From Chloroflexota bacterium (GTDB taxonomy: Bacteria > Chloroflexota > UBA11872), in contig OZ240251.1 of assembly GCA_965198285.1 (NCBI GenBank), positions 821,752 to 885,751 of the forward strand: 64,000 nucleotides of DNA. The letters are read 5' to 3'. The translations under genes were made by a program, and so were the position numbers. This document shows positions 28,140 through 37,621 of the stretch, in pieces (the stretch's first letter is position 1; each line of letters opens with the position of its first letter). The notes below the pieces were generated by a model that saw only the letters and a program-made list of their open reading frames with translations, was not told where the DNA came from and did not search any database.

Positions 28140-29294
28140 ATGCTTTTCAGCACGCCCCTGCTTGATCCGCACGAAGAGGCCGTCTGCGCGCGGGTCGACG
28201 AGTTGCGCCACGCCCTGCGCGGGCAGGTTTCCGAGGATCGACGCTGGACCGGCCTGCTGCGACGGGTAGCGTCCGCGCGTGCAATTCAAGGGTCCAACAG
28301 CATCGAGGGCCTGGACGTCACGCTCGATGACGCCGTGGCGGCCGTGGCCGGCGGTGACCCGCTCGACGCCCCTGACGACGTTTGGGCGGCAATCAGGGGG
28401 TACCGCCAAGCCATGACCTATGTCTTGCAGCTCGCCGACGATCCGCACTTTGCGTATGACACGTCGCTGATCAAGAGCCTGCACTACATGGTGATGGAAT
28501 ACGACCTGACCAAAGGCCCGGGACGCTGGCGGCCAGGCGCCATCTATGTTCGCCGCGAGCGGACTCAGAAGGTCGTATACGAGGGGCCCGACGCCATCGA
28601 AGTTCCCGGGTTGATGCATGAACTGGTCGACCAACTCCAGGAGCAGGATCCTGCCGCTCCGGCGACTGTCCGGGGAGCGATGGCCCACCTCAACCTGGCC
28701 ATGATCCACCCGTTCCGTGACGGCAACGGCCGGATGGCGCGCATTCTCCAGGCGGTCGTCCTTGCCCGTGAGGGGGTGTTGGCGCCGGCCTTCGTGAGCA
28801 TCGAGGAGTATCTGGGCCGGAATACGGACGACTACCACGCGGTGCTGGCCGACGTTGGCGGAGACATGTGGCGGCCCGGACGCAATGCCCGCCCATGGGT
28901 CCGGTTTGTTTTGACCGCGCACTATCGCCAGGCTCACACCCTGCTGCGGAGGGCGAACGAGGCGGAACGCCGCTGGGACATGCTTGACCATGAGGTGTCG
29001 CAACGGCGGCTGCCCGAGCGCTGCGTCGGCGCTCTGTGGGATGCGGCGCTCGGGTTCCGGGTACGGAATTCGACGTACCGGGACTTCGCTGAACTGGGCA
29101 TCGTCGCCGCCGGTCGCGACCTGAAGGCCCTCAGCGATGCAGGGTTCCTGGTCGCGCAGGGCCAAGGTCGCGGCCGCTACTACGTGGCCTCCGACGCGCT
29201 GCGATCGCTTGAGGATTCGATTCGCCGCGATCGGTCGCCAATACTTGATCCGTTTGAGCAGGACCCACGACAGCGCGCGCTGCCGCTAATGTGA
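28140..29294 (+). CDS. fic: Fic family protein (class II, N-terminal inhibitory motif)
   Basis: Fic motif HPFRDGNGRMAR, N-terminal SNSIEG matching [ST]xxxE[GN], and a C-terminal wHTH-like GRGRYYV. Confidence 0.9.
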   Translation: MLFSTPLLDPHEEAVCARVDELRHALRGQVSEDRRWTGLLRRVASARAIQGSNSIEGLDVTLDDAVAAVAGGDPLDAPDDVWAAIRGYRQAMTYVLQLADDPHFAYDTSLIKSLHYMVMEYDLTKGPGRWRPGAIYVRRERTQKVVYEGPDAIEVPGLMHELVDQLQEQDPAAPATVRGAMAHLNLAMIHPFRDGNGRMARILQAVVLAREGVLAPAFVSIEEYLGRNTDDYHAVLADVGGDMWRPGRNARPWVRFVLTAHYRQAHTLLRRANEAERRWDMLDHEVSQRRLPERCVGALWDAALGFRVRNSTYRDFAELGIVAAGRDLKALSDAGFLVAQGQGRGRYYVASDALRSLEDSIRRDRSPILDPFEQDPRQRALPLM

Positions 29295-29370
29295 TGACAC
29301 TCTCGATGGCAACCAAAGCCGGACGTTGGTACCGGTCGCAGATCGGCTGCGAGGCGCGAATGGGACGTCG

Positions 29371-31746
29371 ATGGGCTACCGGCTAGAGACCCCCGCCGTC
29401 TTGCAGGGTGCCTACGCATGCGACTTGGCGCCGGATGTAGACGGGCGGGCCTTTGGCGCCTGGGCCGCGAGCGATTGGGCCGAGGAGGCGCTATTCGCCG
29501 CCCGTTCAAACACTGGGGGCGGGGGCTGGCGGTTCGCACCGGGTCGAGACGAGGGCGACTTCAGGGCGCGGCTGGGGGCTGCGCGCTATCGCGTCTACGC
29601 GGGAGCGGTGGGCGGAGACGAACTCGCGCCCGTCGAACTGACGGAGAGCCCCACCGTCATTCAGGACCCGGCGGTGGCCGCCTACGGGGATCAACGCCTC
29701 GTGGCCTGGGGCGAGCGCATCGACCGCCGTTTCGTCGTGCGGGCCTGGACCGGAGCCTATGCCGAAACCGTGGCGTCCACGCCGGCCTCGCTGACCCGGC
29801 CGGCCGCGGCCATCGATTCCGACGGGCAGCCGTGGGTGGCCTGGCAGGCCTTTGCCGGCGATGGCTGCGCGGTGGTTGTGAGCCGAAGGAATGCGAAGGG
29901 TTGGACACCGCCCGTGGTGGCCTCGCTGCCTGGCCAGTCGGCCTGGCGGCCGGCCTTGTGCGCGTCGGCCAGTCATGGGGTGTGGCTGGCCTGGGACGCC
30001 TGGACCGGTCACCACTTTCATGTATTTGCGCGGCGCATCGGACCGGACGGCACGCTTGGTCCGGCTGTCCAGGTCAGCGACCTGCCGCTGCTGGCCATGG
30101 ACGTGGACGTTGCCGTGGATGCCGATGACACGGCCTGGCTGACCTGGGAGCAGTCGCCGCCCTGGGGCTTGAACCACCGCTTCAACGAGACGCGGCAACT
30201 CGTGCTGGCGGCCGTCGACGCCGGCGGCCAGACCTTCCTGGCTCAAAGCCCCTGGCAAGCGGGGCAGGCCCCGATCCCGATTCAGACCTTCACGCACGTT
30301 CAATCGGCCGAGTACATCGTGCCGGTGTCGCCGCGTCTGATCGTGGGACCTCGCGGCATCGAACTGTTCTTCCAGCGCTTCCGGAGCTCGGACTACGTGG
30401 ACTTCGGCTGGCGGCTGGAGCGCATGGTCTATTCCGGCTCGACGTGGTCGGACCCGGAGACGGTGAGCCCCTTTCAGGGCACGCCGGACACGCGCTATGG
30501 CGTGGCGGCGTTGCCTGACGAGCGGCGCGTGGTGGCGCACAACGCCTCCGACTTTGCTCCCATGCAGACGCTTGAGCGTTGGCGGGCTGGGCTGCCGTTT
30601 CTGCGCGACGGCGGCGGGCCCGTGGATGGAGAGCGAATCGAGGTCTTGACGCTGGCGCCGCCGGCAACTGCCGTTGAGCCGCCGCTGCGCATTGAGTTCC
30701 CACGCTACGAGGGCGTGCGCGAGGACAGACCGCGAGTACGTCGCGACGGCCGCACGATCACCGTGGGCGACCAGACCTATCGCCTCTACTGGGGCGACAT
30801 GCACCGGCACTCGCACCTCTCCAAGTGCATCGCGGCCAACGACGGGTCGCCGGTGCATAACTTCCGCTGGGCGATCGACCACAACCGCATGGACTTCTGG
30901 GCGCTCACCGAGCATCTGGAATACCTGAGCTACAACGAGTGGCGCCGGGTTGAGGAGACGGTCGCCGCCTTCTCGAACGACGGCCGCTTCGAGCCGCTCT
31001 TCGGCTTCGAGTGGGGCCTGAATCCCGGCCACACCAACATCTTCTACCGCGACCAGGAGCTGGGCGAGGAGCTACGCGCCCTAGCCCTGACGTCGCCGAG
31101 CCTCGAGGATCTGATGGAGCGCTGGGACACCCGCATCCCGGCTGGTGCGGTGATGGCCGCGCGTCACTATCACGGCCACCGGCAGCCGGACGTCTTTGAG
31201 GGCTTCCGTCCCACCTGGGAACCCGCCATGGAAATCATGCAAGCCCGTGGCGACCAGCGGGAGTGGATCGAGACCTTCCTGGGTGAAGGCGCCCGCATCG
31301 GCTTCATCGGCGCCACCGACCACGCGCGCTACTGGCACTTCGCCTATTGCATGACGGGCGTCTGGGCCACCGAGCCAACCCGCGAGGCGATCTTCGAGGC
31401 CATTTGGAGTCGTCGAACCGTGGGTGCTTCGGCCAAGATCCTCGTGCATACGGAGGTTTCCGGGATCCCAATGGGCGCTGAGGGTGACGTTCAGGGCGAT
31501 CCCCAGCTGCGAGTGATCGCCGAATGCGCCCAGCCGCTCCGAGAGCTCGAGGTCTACCGCAACGGCGCGCTGGCGCACCGTGAGTCCATGGACACGTCCA
31601 ACCTGGATTGGACCTGGACCGATCGCGGCAACCCGCGCAGCCAGAACTACTACTACGTCAAGCTGACTGCCCAGACGGCCCACCCGCTCGCCACCCCGGC
31701 CGTGGCCTACGCATCCCCCGTGTGGGTGACGACCAACGACTCCTGA
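29371..31746 (+). CDS. large two-domain protein: W-rich beta-propeller-like N-half + PHP/DUF3604-like His-rich C-half
   Basis: Repeated AW..W blades (PWVAWQAF, VWLAWDAW, AWLTWEQS). The C-half has LYWGDMHRHSHLS, WALTEHLEY and GFIGATDHARYW. Start chosen at MGYRLE by alignment with the paralog. Confidence 0.7.
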   Translation: MGYRLETPAVLQGAYACDLAPDVDGRAFGAWAASDWAEEALFAARSNTGGGGWRFAPGRDEGDFRARLGAARYRVYAGAVGGDELAPVELTESPTVIQDPAVAAYGDQRLVAWGERIDRRFVVRAWTGAYAETVASTPASLTRPAAAIDSDGQPWVAWQAFAGDGCAVVVSRRNAKGWTPPVVASLPGQSAWRPALCASASHGVWLAWDAWTGHHFHVFARRIGPDGTLGPAVQVSDLPLLAMDVDVAVDADDTAWLTWEQSPPWGLNHRFNETRQLVLAAVDAGGQTFLAQSPWQAGQAPIPIQTFTHVQSAEYIVPVSPRLIVGPRGIELFFQRFRSSDYVDFGWRLERMVYSGSTWSDPETVSPFQGTPDTRYGVAALPDERRVVAHNASDFAPMQTLERWRAGLPFLRDGGGPVDGERIEVLTLAPPATAVEPPLRIEFPRYEGVREDRPRVRRDGRTITVGDQTYRLYWGDMHRHSHLSKCIAANDGSPVHNFRWAIDHNRMDFWALTEHLEYLSYNEWRRVEETVAAFSNDGRFEPLFGFEWGLNPGHTNIFYRDQELGEELRALALTSPSLEDLMERWDTRIPAGAVMAARHYHGHRQPDVFEGFRPTWEPAMEIMQARGDQREWIETFLGEGARIGFIGATDHARYWHFAYCMTGVWATEPTREAIFEAIWSRRTVGASAKILVHTEVSGIPMGAEGDVQGDPQLRVIAECAQPLRELEVYRNGALAHRESMDTSNLDWTWTDRGNPRSQNYYYVKLTAQTAHPLATPAVAYASPVWVTTNDS

Positions 31747-31758
31747 GCGGCCGCACCC

Positions 31759-32727
31759 TTACGGCAGGCCCAGGGCCTCCACAGCTTCATGTAAGTCGGG
31801 CGGCAGCGGTCCCGCTTGGACGGCCGCCACGCTTTCCTCGATCTCGGACGGCGTAGCCGCCCCGACCAGGATGGTGGCAATGCTTCGGTCGGCCACCAGG
31901 AATCGCAGGGTTAGCGTGACCAGTGACAACTGGCTTTCCCGTTGCAACTCAACCAGACGCAACACCCGCCGCTGTTCCTCGGGCGTCATCCCGCTCGGCC
32001 AGACTGGCGGTGTCCGAAGCCACTCCGGGCGGATCGTCACGAGCTGACCACGCCGGAACACGCCGCCCAGCGCAATCGCGGTACCGCGCTCTCCGGCAAC
32101 CGGCAGCAGCTGGCGACGGATACCGCGGTCGATCAGGCCGTAGCCGAGAGCGCTCAGACAGACGTCCACCTTCGCTTCGCCCGCCGCGCGCATGACGTGC
32201 GCCAGGTGGTCGGGGCTGTTGCCGCTGATGCCGACGTGGCGGCAACGACCCTCGGCCCGGGCTTCGCGAAGTACCTGCATCACCGGTGCGTTCGCCACGT
32301 CGGGCTCGGACTCCAAGTCAACGAACAGATCATCGCTCGGCTCGTCGGTCCACCAGTAGTGATGGTCGGCTTCATGGATCAGCAGCACGTCCACGCACTC
32401 GCGCCGCAGGACCCGCAGGTTTTCCTCGAGCTGCGTGTGCAGGGCGTCGGGCGAGCGAAAGCGACCGGGCTGCGCCAGGTGGCCGATCTTGGTCGACACC
32501 AGCTGTGGTTCCGGGCGTTCCTGCAGGGCGACACCGAGAATTGCCTGGGCGACGCCAGAACTGTAGAGCGGGGCGGTGTCGAAGTAGTTGACCCCGAGTT
32601 CCAACGCGCGGTGGACCGTTGCCATGCCGTCGGCGAACGACACGCGCGGCAGTCCGCAGCCACCCAGGCTGAGGGCGGTTACCCGCTCGCCGGTACGCCC
32701 GAAGGGCCGCTGCTCCAGCCTGTGCAT
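31759..32727 (-). CDS. aldo/keto reductase
   Basis: GVNYFDTAPLYSSG and IGISGNSPDHL blocks. Start at MHRLEQRPF, avoiding overlap with the paralog start. Confidence 0.85.
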   Translation of the reverse strand: MHRLEQRPFGRTGERVTALSLGGCGLPRVSFADGMATVHRALELGVNYFDTAPLYSSGVAQAILGVALQERPEPQLVSTKIGHLAQPGRFRSPDALHTQLEENLRVLRRECVDVLLIHEADHHYWWTDEPSDDLFVDLESEPDVANAPVMQVLREARAEGRCRHVGISGNSPDHLAHVMRAAGEAKVDVCLSALGYGLIDRGIRRQLLPVAGERGTAIALGGVFRRGQLVTIRPEWLRTPPVWPSGMTPEEQRRVLRLVELQRESQLSLVTLTLRFLVADRSIATILVGAATPSEIEESVAAVQAGPLPPDLHEAVEALGLP

Positions 32728-32884
32728 CGCAGAGCCTAACCCGTGTCTGTCTGGGCTGAACGCTCCGGAGAGACGGGCGCGGTATCGGGGGAGGGTCATC
32801 CTGCGGTTCGAGTCTCACGCAGCCACCGCGCTAGGCTGGCGGCGGCGAGTCTCCGGCGCCGGTCGGCAACAAGGAGAGGGCGCG

Positions 32885-35266
32885 ATGGCGATAGATCACT
32901 GGCCTGACACCCCCACGGTCCTCCAGGGCGCCTACGCCTGCGACGTGGCGCCGGACCCGGACGGCGGCGTCTTTGGCGCCTGGGCCGGGAGCGGCTGGGG
33001 CGAAGAGGCGCTCTTCGGACTGCGCATGTCTCACCCGGGTGGGCATTGGCAGTTCGCGCCAGGGCACGACGAACGCGACTTCATGGCGCGCCTGGGAAGA
33101 GGGCGCTTTCGGGTCTACGCGGGCCAGCTGGCCGGCGATGACCTCGATCCGGTCCAACTCACGGAGAGCCGTACCGCGATCCAGGATCCCGCAGTGGCCG
33201 CCTTTGGCGATCAACATCTCGTGGCCTGGGGCGAGCGCCTTGATAACCGCTTCGTGGTGCGGGCCTGGACCGGCGCGGAGGCCGAGACCGTAGCCGCAAC
33301 GCCCGCCTCACTCACCCGGCCGGCCGCGGCCATCGACACGGACGGACAGCCGTGGGTCGCCTGGCAGGCGTTCGCGGGCGACACCTGCGTCGTGGTGGTG
33401 AGCCGTCGCCTGGCGGGCGGCTGGACGGACCCGGTGGTGGCCTCCGTTGCGGGCCAGTCGGCCTGGCGGCCGGCGTTGCGCGCGGCAGCTGGCCAGGGCG
33501 TGTGGCTGGCCTGGGACGCCTGGACCGGGCACCACTTCCACGTATTCGCCCGGCGTATTGGGGCGGACGGAGCGCTTGGCCCAGTGATTCAGATCAGCGA
33601 CCTGCCCCTCCTGGCCATGGACGCGGACATTGCGGTGGATGCGGACGACACGGCCTGGGTGACCTGGGAGCAGTCGCCGGCCTGGGGTGACGATCACCGG
33701 TTCAACAGGTCCCGGCATCTCACGTTGGCCGCCGTCGACGCCAGCGGAGAGACCTTTCTGGCCGGGAGCCCATGGGGCGCCGGGCAGGCGCCGATCCCGA
33801 TCGAGAGCTTCATGCAGAGCATCTGCGCGGAGTACATCGTGCCGGTGTCGCCACGCTTGGTTGCGGGACGCGATGGAATCGAGCTGTTCTTTCAGCGCTT
33901 CCGCAGCCGGCACCAGAAGGACTTTGGCTGGGGGCTGGAGCGCATGGTCTACGCCGGCTCGTCCTGGTCCGACCCGGAGACGGTGAGCCCCTTTCAGGGC
34001 ATGCCGGACACGCGCTACGGCGTGGCGGCGCTGGCAGACGGGCGGCGGGTGGTGGCGCACAACGCCACCGAATACATCCCCATGCAGACCGTTGAGCGCG
34101 CGGCGGCCGGCCTGCCGAAACTGCGCGGCGGCAGCGCACCGGTGAACCGTGAGCGAATCGAAGTCCTGACGCTGGAGCCGTCGGCCGCCGCGGTTGAGCC
34201 GCCGCTACGGGTTGAGTTCGCGCGCTACGAAGGTTCCCGGATTGACAACCCGCAGGCCCGCAGGGATGGCCGCACGCTGACCGTGGGCGACCAGACCTAC
34301 CACCTGTACTGGGGCGACATGCACCGGCACTCGCATCTCTCGAAGTGCATGTCGCCGAACGATGGGACGCCGCTGCAGCACTTCCGCTGGGCCGTCGATC
34401 ACAACCGCATGGACTGGTGGGCGCTCACCGAGCACCTGGAATACCTGAGCTACAACGAGTGGCGCCGGGTTGAGGAAACCGTGGCGGCCTTTACCAGCGA
34501 CGGACGCTTCGAGCCGCTCTTCGGCTTCGAGTGGGGCAACAACCCCGGCCACACCAACATCTTTTACCGGGATCAGCAGTTGGGCGAGGAACTACGCGCC
34601 CTGACCCTGATGTCGCCCAGCCTCGAGGACCTGATGGAGCGCTGGGACTCGCGCCTGCCCGCCGGCGAGGTACTGGCGGCGCGCCACTACCAAGGTCACC
34701 GGCAACCGGACGTCTACGAGGGCTATCGCGCCACCTGGGAACCCTGCATGGAGATCATCCAGGCCCGCGGCGACCAGCGGGAGTGGATCGAGACCTTCCT
34801 GCGCGAGGGCGCCAGGATCGGCTTCATCGGCGCCACCGACCACGCCCGCCACTGGCACTTTGCTTACTGCATGACCGGGGTGTGGGCCACCGAGCCGACC
34901 CGCGAGGCGATCTTCGACGCCATCTGGCAGCGGCGGACCATCGCCGGCTCGTCCAAGATCCTGCTGCACACCGAGGTCTCGGGTGTTCCCATGGGCGCGG
35001 AGGGTGAGATCGAGGGCGACCCCGAACTGCGGGTGATCGCCGAATCCGCCCAGCCGCTGCGCGAGATTGACGTCTACCGCAACGGCACGCTGGCGCACAG
35101 GGAATCCGTCGATATGCCCAAGCTGGACTGGACCTGGACCGACCGCGGCAACCCCCGCAGCCACAACTACTATTACGTGCGCCTGACCGCCCAACCCGCG
35201 CTTCCTCACGCCACCCCGGCCGTGGCCTACGCCTCGCCTGTTTGGGTGCGCGTCAATAGGCCCTAG
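32885..35266 (+). CDS. paralog of 29371..31746 (beta-propeller-like + PHP/DUF3604-like protein)
   Basis: About 75-80% aa identity to the first copy over the full length. Start at ATG 32885 (MAIDHWPDTPTVLQGAY), preceded by AAGGAGAG. The track's 100-codon upstream extension overlaps the AKR gene and is rejected. Confidence 0.7.
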   Translation: MAIDHWPDTPTVLQGAYACDVAPDPDGGVFGAWAGSGWGEEALFGLRMSHPGGHWQFAPGHDERDFMARLGRGRFRVYAGQLAGDDLDPVQLTESRTAIQDPAVAAFGDQHLVAWGERLDNRFVVRAWTGAEAETVAATPASLTRPAAAIDTDGQPWVAWQAFAGDTCVVVVSRRLAGGWTDPVVASVAGQSAWRPALRAAAGQGVWLAWDAWTGHHFHVFARRIGADGALGPVIQISDLPLLAMDADIAVDADDTAWVTWEQSPAWGDDHRFNRSRHLTLAAVDASGETFLAGSPWGAGQAPIPIESFMQSICAEYIVPVSPRLVAGRDGIELFFQRFRSRHQKDFGWGLERMVYAGSSWSDPETVSPFQGMPDTRYGVAALADGRRVVAHNATEYIPMQTVERAAAGLPKLRGGSAPVNRERIEVLTLEPSAAAVEPPLRVEFARYEGSRIDNPQARRDGRTLTVGDQTYHLYWGDMHRHSHLSKCMSPNDGTPLQHFRWAVDHNRMDWWALTEHLEYLSYNEWRRVEETVAAFTSDGRFEPLFGFEWGNNPGHTNIFYRDQQLGEELRALTLMSPSLEDLMERWDSRLPAGEVLAARHYQGHRQPDVYEGYRATWEPCMEIIQARGDQREWIETFLREGARIGFIGATDHARHWHFAYCMTGVWATEPTREAIFDAIWQRRTIAGSSKILLHTEVSGVPMGAEGEIEGDPELRVIAESAQPLREIDVYRNGTLAHRESVDMPKLDWTWTDRGNPRSHNYYYVRLTAQPALPHATPAVAYASPVWVRVNRP

Positions 35267-35470
35267 CCATCATTCCGTCCGTCGCTCCGGGTCCCTCCTG
35301 GCGACCGACCATCGGAAACTGGCCACTTTCCTGCGCAGGCCAACGGGCACTGAGCCTCTCTCCGTCCGATGAAATATCCGTAGGCGGGCTACGGCACAGG
35401 AGGCCCACCGTGATATGATTCCCTGCGATATGTGGAGGGTCTGCGTTCCGCTTAAGGCGAGCCTGGATCA

Positions 35471-35992
35471 ATGTTAACGGAGCTTATTATGCGACGTATT
35501 ATCCCTCGGCTTCTTGAAATATTCAGCTTCCCTCATCCGGTCAATGAAGTCGCCGCCAGAGTCGTGGCCGGAATGGTAGTAGCTCTATCCCTTACGATAT
35601 TGCTAACAGGTCAGTGGTGGCTTGTTTTCCTGCTTGCCTATGGCTTTCTGGCCAGGGTAGCCACCGGACCTACGTTGAGCCCGATGGGACAGCTGTCCAC
35701 CAGGTTGATCGCGCCGCGAATCGCTAAGCCAAAGCTCGTGCCGGGGCCGCCCAAGCGCTTTGCGCAAACCGTCGGGCTAGTCTTCTCTACGACCGCGTTG
35801 GTATTGCACTTCGTGACAGGATTCTCAGTGGCGGCCGGCGCCGTTCTGGCCGTGCTGACCGTATTCGCCGCGCTCGAGTCATTTCTGGGCTTCTGCGCTG
35901 GCTGCTTTGTGTTCAACTATTTGATTCGCTGGGGATTGGTGCCACAGTCGGTCTGCGAAGAGTGCATCAACTTCGACCAGACACGAACTTAG
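35471..35992 (+). CDS. DUF4395-like small membrane protein with CxxC/CxxC
   Basis: 173 aa, about 55% GC. TM segments plus C-terminal CAGC...CEEC. Family assignment is from memory. Confidence 0.5.
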   Translation: MLTELIMRRIIPRLLEIFSFPHPVNEVAARVVAGMVVALSLTILLTGQWWLVFLLAYGFLARVATGPTLSPMGQLSTRLIAPRIAKPKLVPGPPKRFAQTVGLVFSTTALVLHFVTGFSVAAGAVLAVLTVFAALESFLGFCAGCFVFNYLIRWGLVPQSVCEECINFDQTRT

Positions 35993-36066
35993 GCGGCTGC
36001 TAGTGAGGCCTTCGAGAGGGTTTCACCGTCTAATATCCGCTGGATCCGCGTCGTACGGATGGCCAG

Positions 36067-37236
36067 GTGGCAAAGACAGCTCCGCTCTTTAACCACTGCC
36101 TCGAGCGTTCCACATCACACGAGCATTGGCGGGGTGCATCGCGGTTTGACAGCCTGAATCGATCCGCGATTCCCGCGATGCAGGCCGCCCGTGACGAGCT
36201 GGCGCGCTGGTACTCGCGATTTCCCGATCAGGACGGTGATCTGCGCTCTCGCTTTCGAGGACCTGACGACAACCACGACGGGGCGTTCTTTGAACTGTTC
36301 CTGCACGAGTTGCTTCCACGTCTCGGGCTATCTGTGAAGGCGCACCCCAGGCTGGAAGACGGAAGCAGTCCCGACTTCCTCGTCGCAGGCCCTGATGGAA
36401 AAGCCTTTGTTGAGGCGACGTATCTGAAGCAGCGATCCACGGTTCCTCCGCTCGAAGCCAATGTGCTCAATGCGATCGACGATCTGGATTGCCATGTTCC
36501 TACGGATGTTGGGCTGAGTGTGTGGGTCACTGGATCTTTGAAGCGAGAACCGAGGCTCAGACCAATCACGGATGATGTCTGCAGCTGGTTGAACCAGCTC
36601 GATTCACGGAGCGTGCGCTGGCGTGACGGGGCTGAGAAACACATTCGGGTCGATCCTAAGTGCAGCGATTTAATTCTCGCGCTACAGGCAGTCCCACGGA
36701 CAGTAGCCAGCCGTGTGATTCAGGCTTGGTCATCTAGTGGCTGGAGCGGGATCGTCGGCGAGGAGGTATACAACGCGGTCTCGAAGAAGGTCCGCAAGTA
36801 CAAGAGTCTCGACCATCCGCTGGTCGTCGCGGTGAACATCGCCAGCGCCGGTGCCGAACCGCACGAGGAGGCTGCGCTGTTCGGCCACCCGACGCTTCGC
36901 CTCCGACGTAGCGAGGATGGCGTCAATCTGACACCGGCCGGGATCATGCACACCGGGAAGGCGCTTTGGTTTGACAACACGAAGCGCCGCAATCACTACC
37001 CTAGGCTGAGCGCCGTGATGATGTTCCACGATCTCGCGCCATGGACCGTCGCGAACGTTTCTGCCTGCCTCTACCTGAATCCGTACGAAGACGACCGGGT
37101 GCCGCGGGAACTGCGGACCCTGGGCTACGCCGCGGAGTCGGCCGGGCAACTCCGGAGGTACAAGGGAAGTCGCTTAGTCAGGGATGTGCTTGGGCTGCCG
37201 GAAGACTGGCCTGGCAGCTTCGTCCTCGGCGACTAG
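36067..37236 (+). CDS. hypothetical protein (389 aa, no recognised domain)
   Basis: Long ORF with protein-like composition in the lower-GC segment next to tRNA-Glu. Confidence 0.45.
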   Translation: MAKTAPLFNHCLERSTSHEHWRGASRFDSLNRSAIPAMQAARDELARWYSRFPDQDGDLRSRFRGPDDNHDGAFFELFLHELLPRLGLSVKAHPRLEDGSSPDFLVAGPDGKAFVEATYLKQRSTVPPLEANVLNAIDDLDCHVPTDVGLSVWVTGSLKREPRLRPITDDVCSWLNQLDSRSVRWRDGAEKHIRVDPKCSDLILALQAVPRTVASRVIQAWSSSGWSGIVGEEVYNAVSKKVRKYKSLDHPLVVAVNIASAGAEPHEEAALFGHPTLRLRRSEDGVNLTPAGIMHTGKALWFDNTKRRNHYPRLSAVMMFHDLAPWTVANVSACLYLNPYEDDRVPRELRTLGYAAESAGQLRRYKGSRLVRDVLGLPEDWPGSFVLGD

Positions 37237-37435
37237 GATGCCCCGTCACCGAACTGACCGGCCTCCTGCCGGCGCGCCGAGACACCGGCACGGTGCTTGG
37301 ATTGGAAGTCCCGACCTTGGTGGTCACCACACGACGGAAGTCGGGCGCCGAGAGCCTCGAACGCCTCGACCCTGCTCGTCGGTGACGACTCTCCTGGCTC
37401 GGACGAGCACCAGGGCGGCTCGCTGCAGAGCGCTT

Positions 37436-37512
37436 TGGTAGGGCATGCGGGATTCGAACCCGCGATCTCCGCCTTGAGAGGGCGGTGTCCTGGGCCGCTA
37501 GACGAATGCCCC
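37436..37512 (-). tRNA. tRNA-Glu (anticodon CTC)
   Basis: Near-identical to the canonical bacterial tRNA-Glu scaffold (UCGUCUAGCGGCCCAGGACACCGCC-CUCUCAA-GGCGG...GGUUCGAAUCCCGC). Acceptor GGGGCAU/AUGCCCU, encoded CCA. Confidence 0.85.
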
Positions 37513-37621
37513 ATACGGACCGAAGTCCGACGCCGCCTATGCTACGAAACCTTGCGGCGTGCCGGGCTGCCGCGGGTGCTCCGTACAATCGACGCATACA
37601 TGTGCACCGTTCTGATGCCCC

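Noticed and set aside
32588-32884. 100-codon N-terminal extension of the second DUF3604-like paralog
   Set aside because: It overlaps the aldo/keto reductase on the opposite strand and has no counterpart in the first paralog. ATG 32885 has a good SD and aligns with the paralog start.
26549-37512. The whole tRNA-Arg to tRNA-Glu interval as one large integrative element
   Set aside because: It contains core pfk and GC-typical genes. There is no integrase and no repeat of either tRNA 3' end that I could find. Only the 35.3-37.4 kb portion shows a compositional shift.
37233-37514. 93-aa minus-strand ORF
   Set aside because: It completely overlaps the tRNA-Glu gene. The tRNA cloverleaf is unambiguous.
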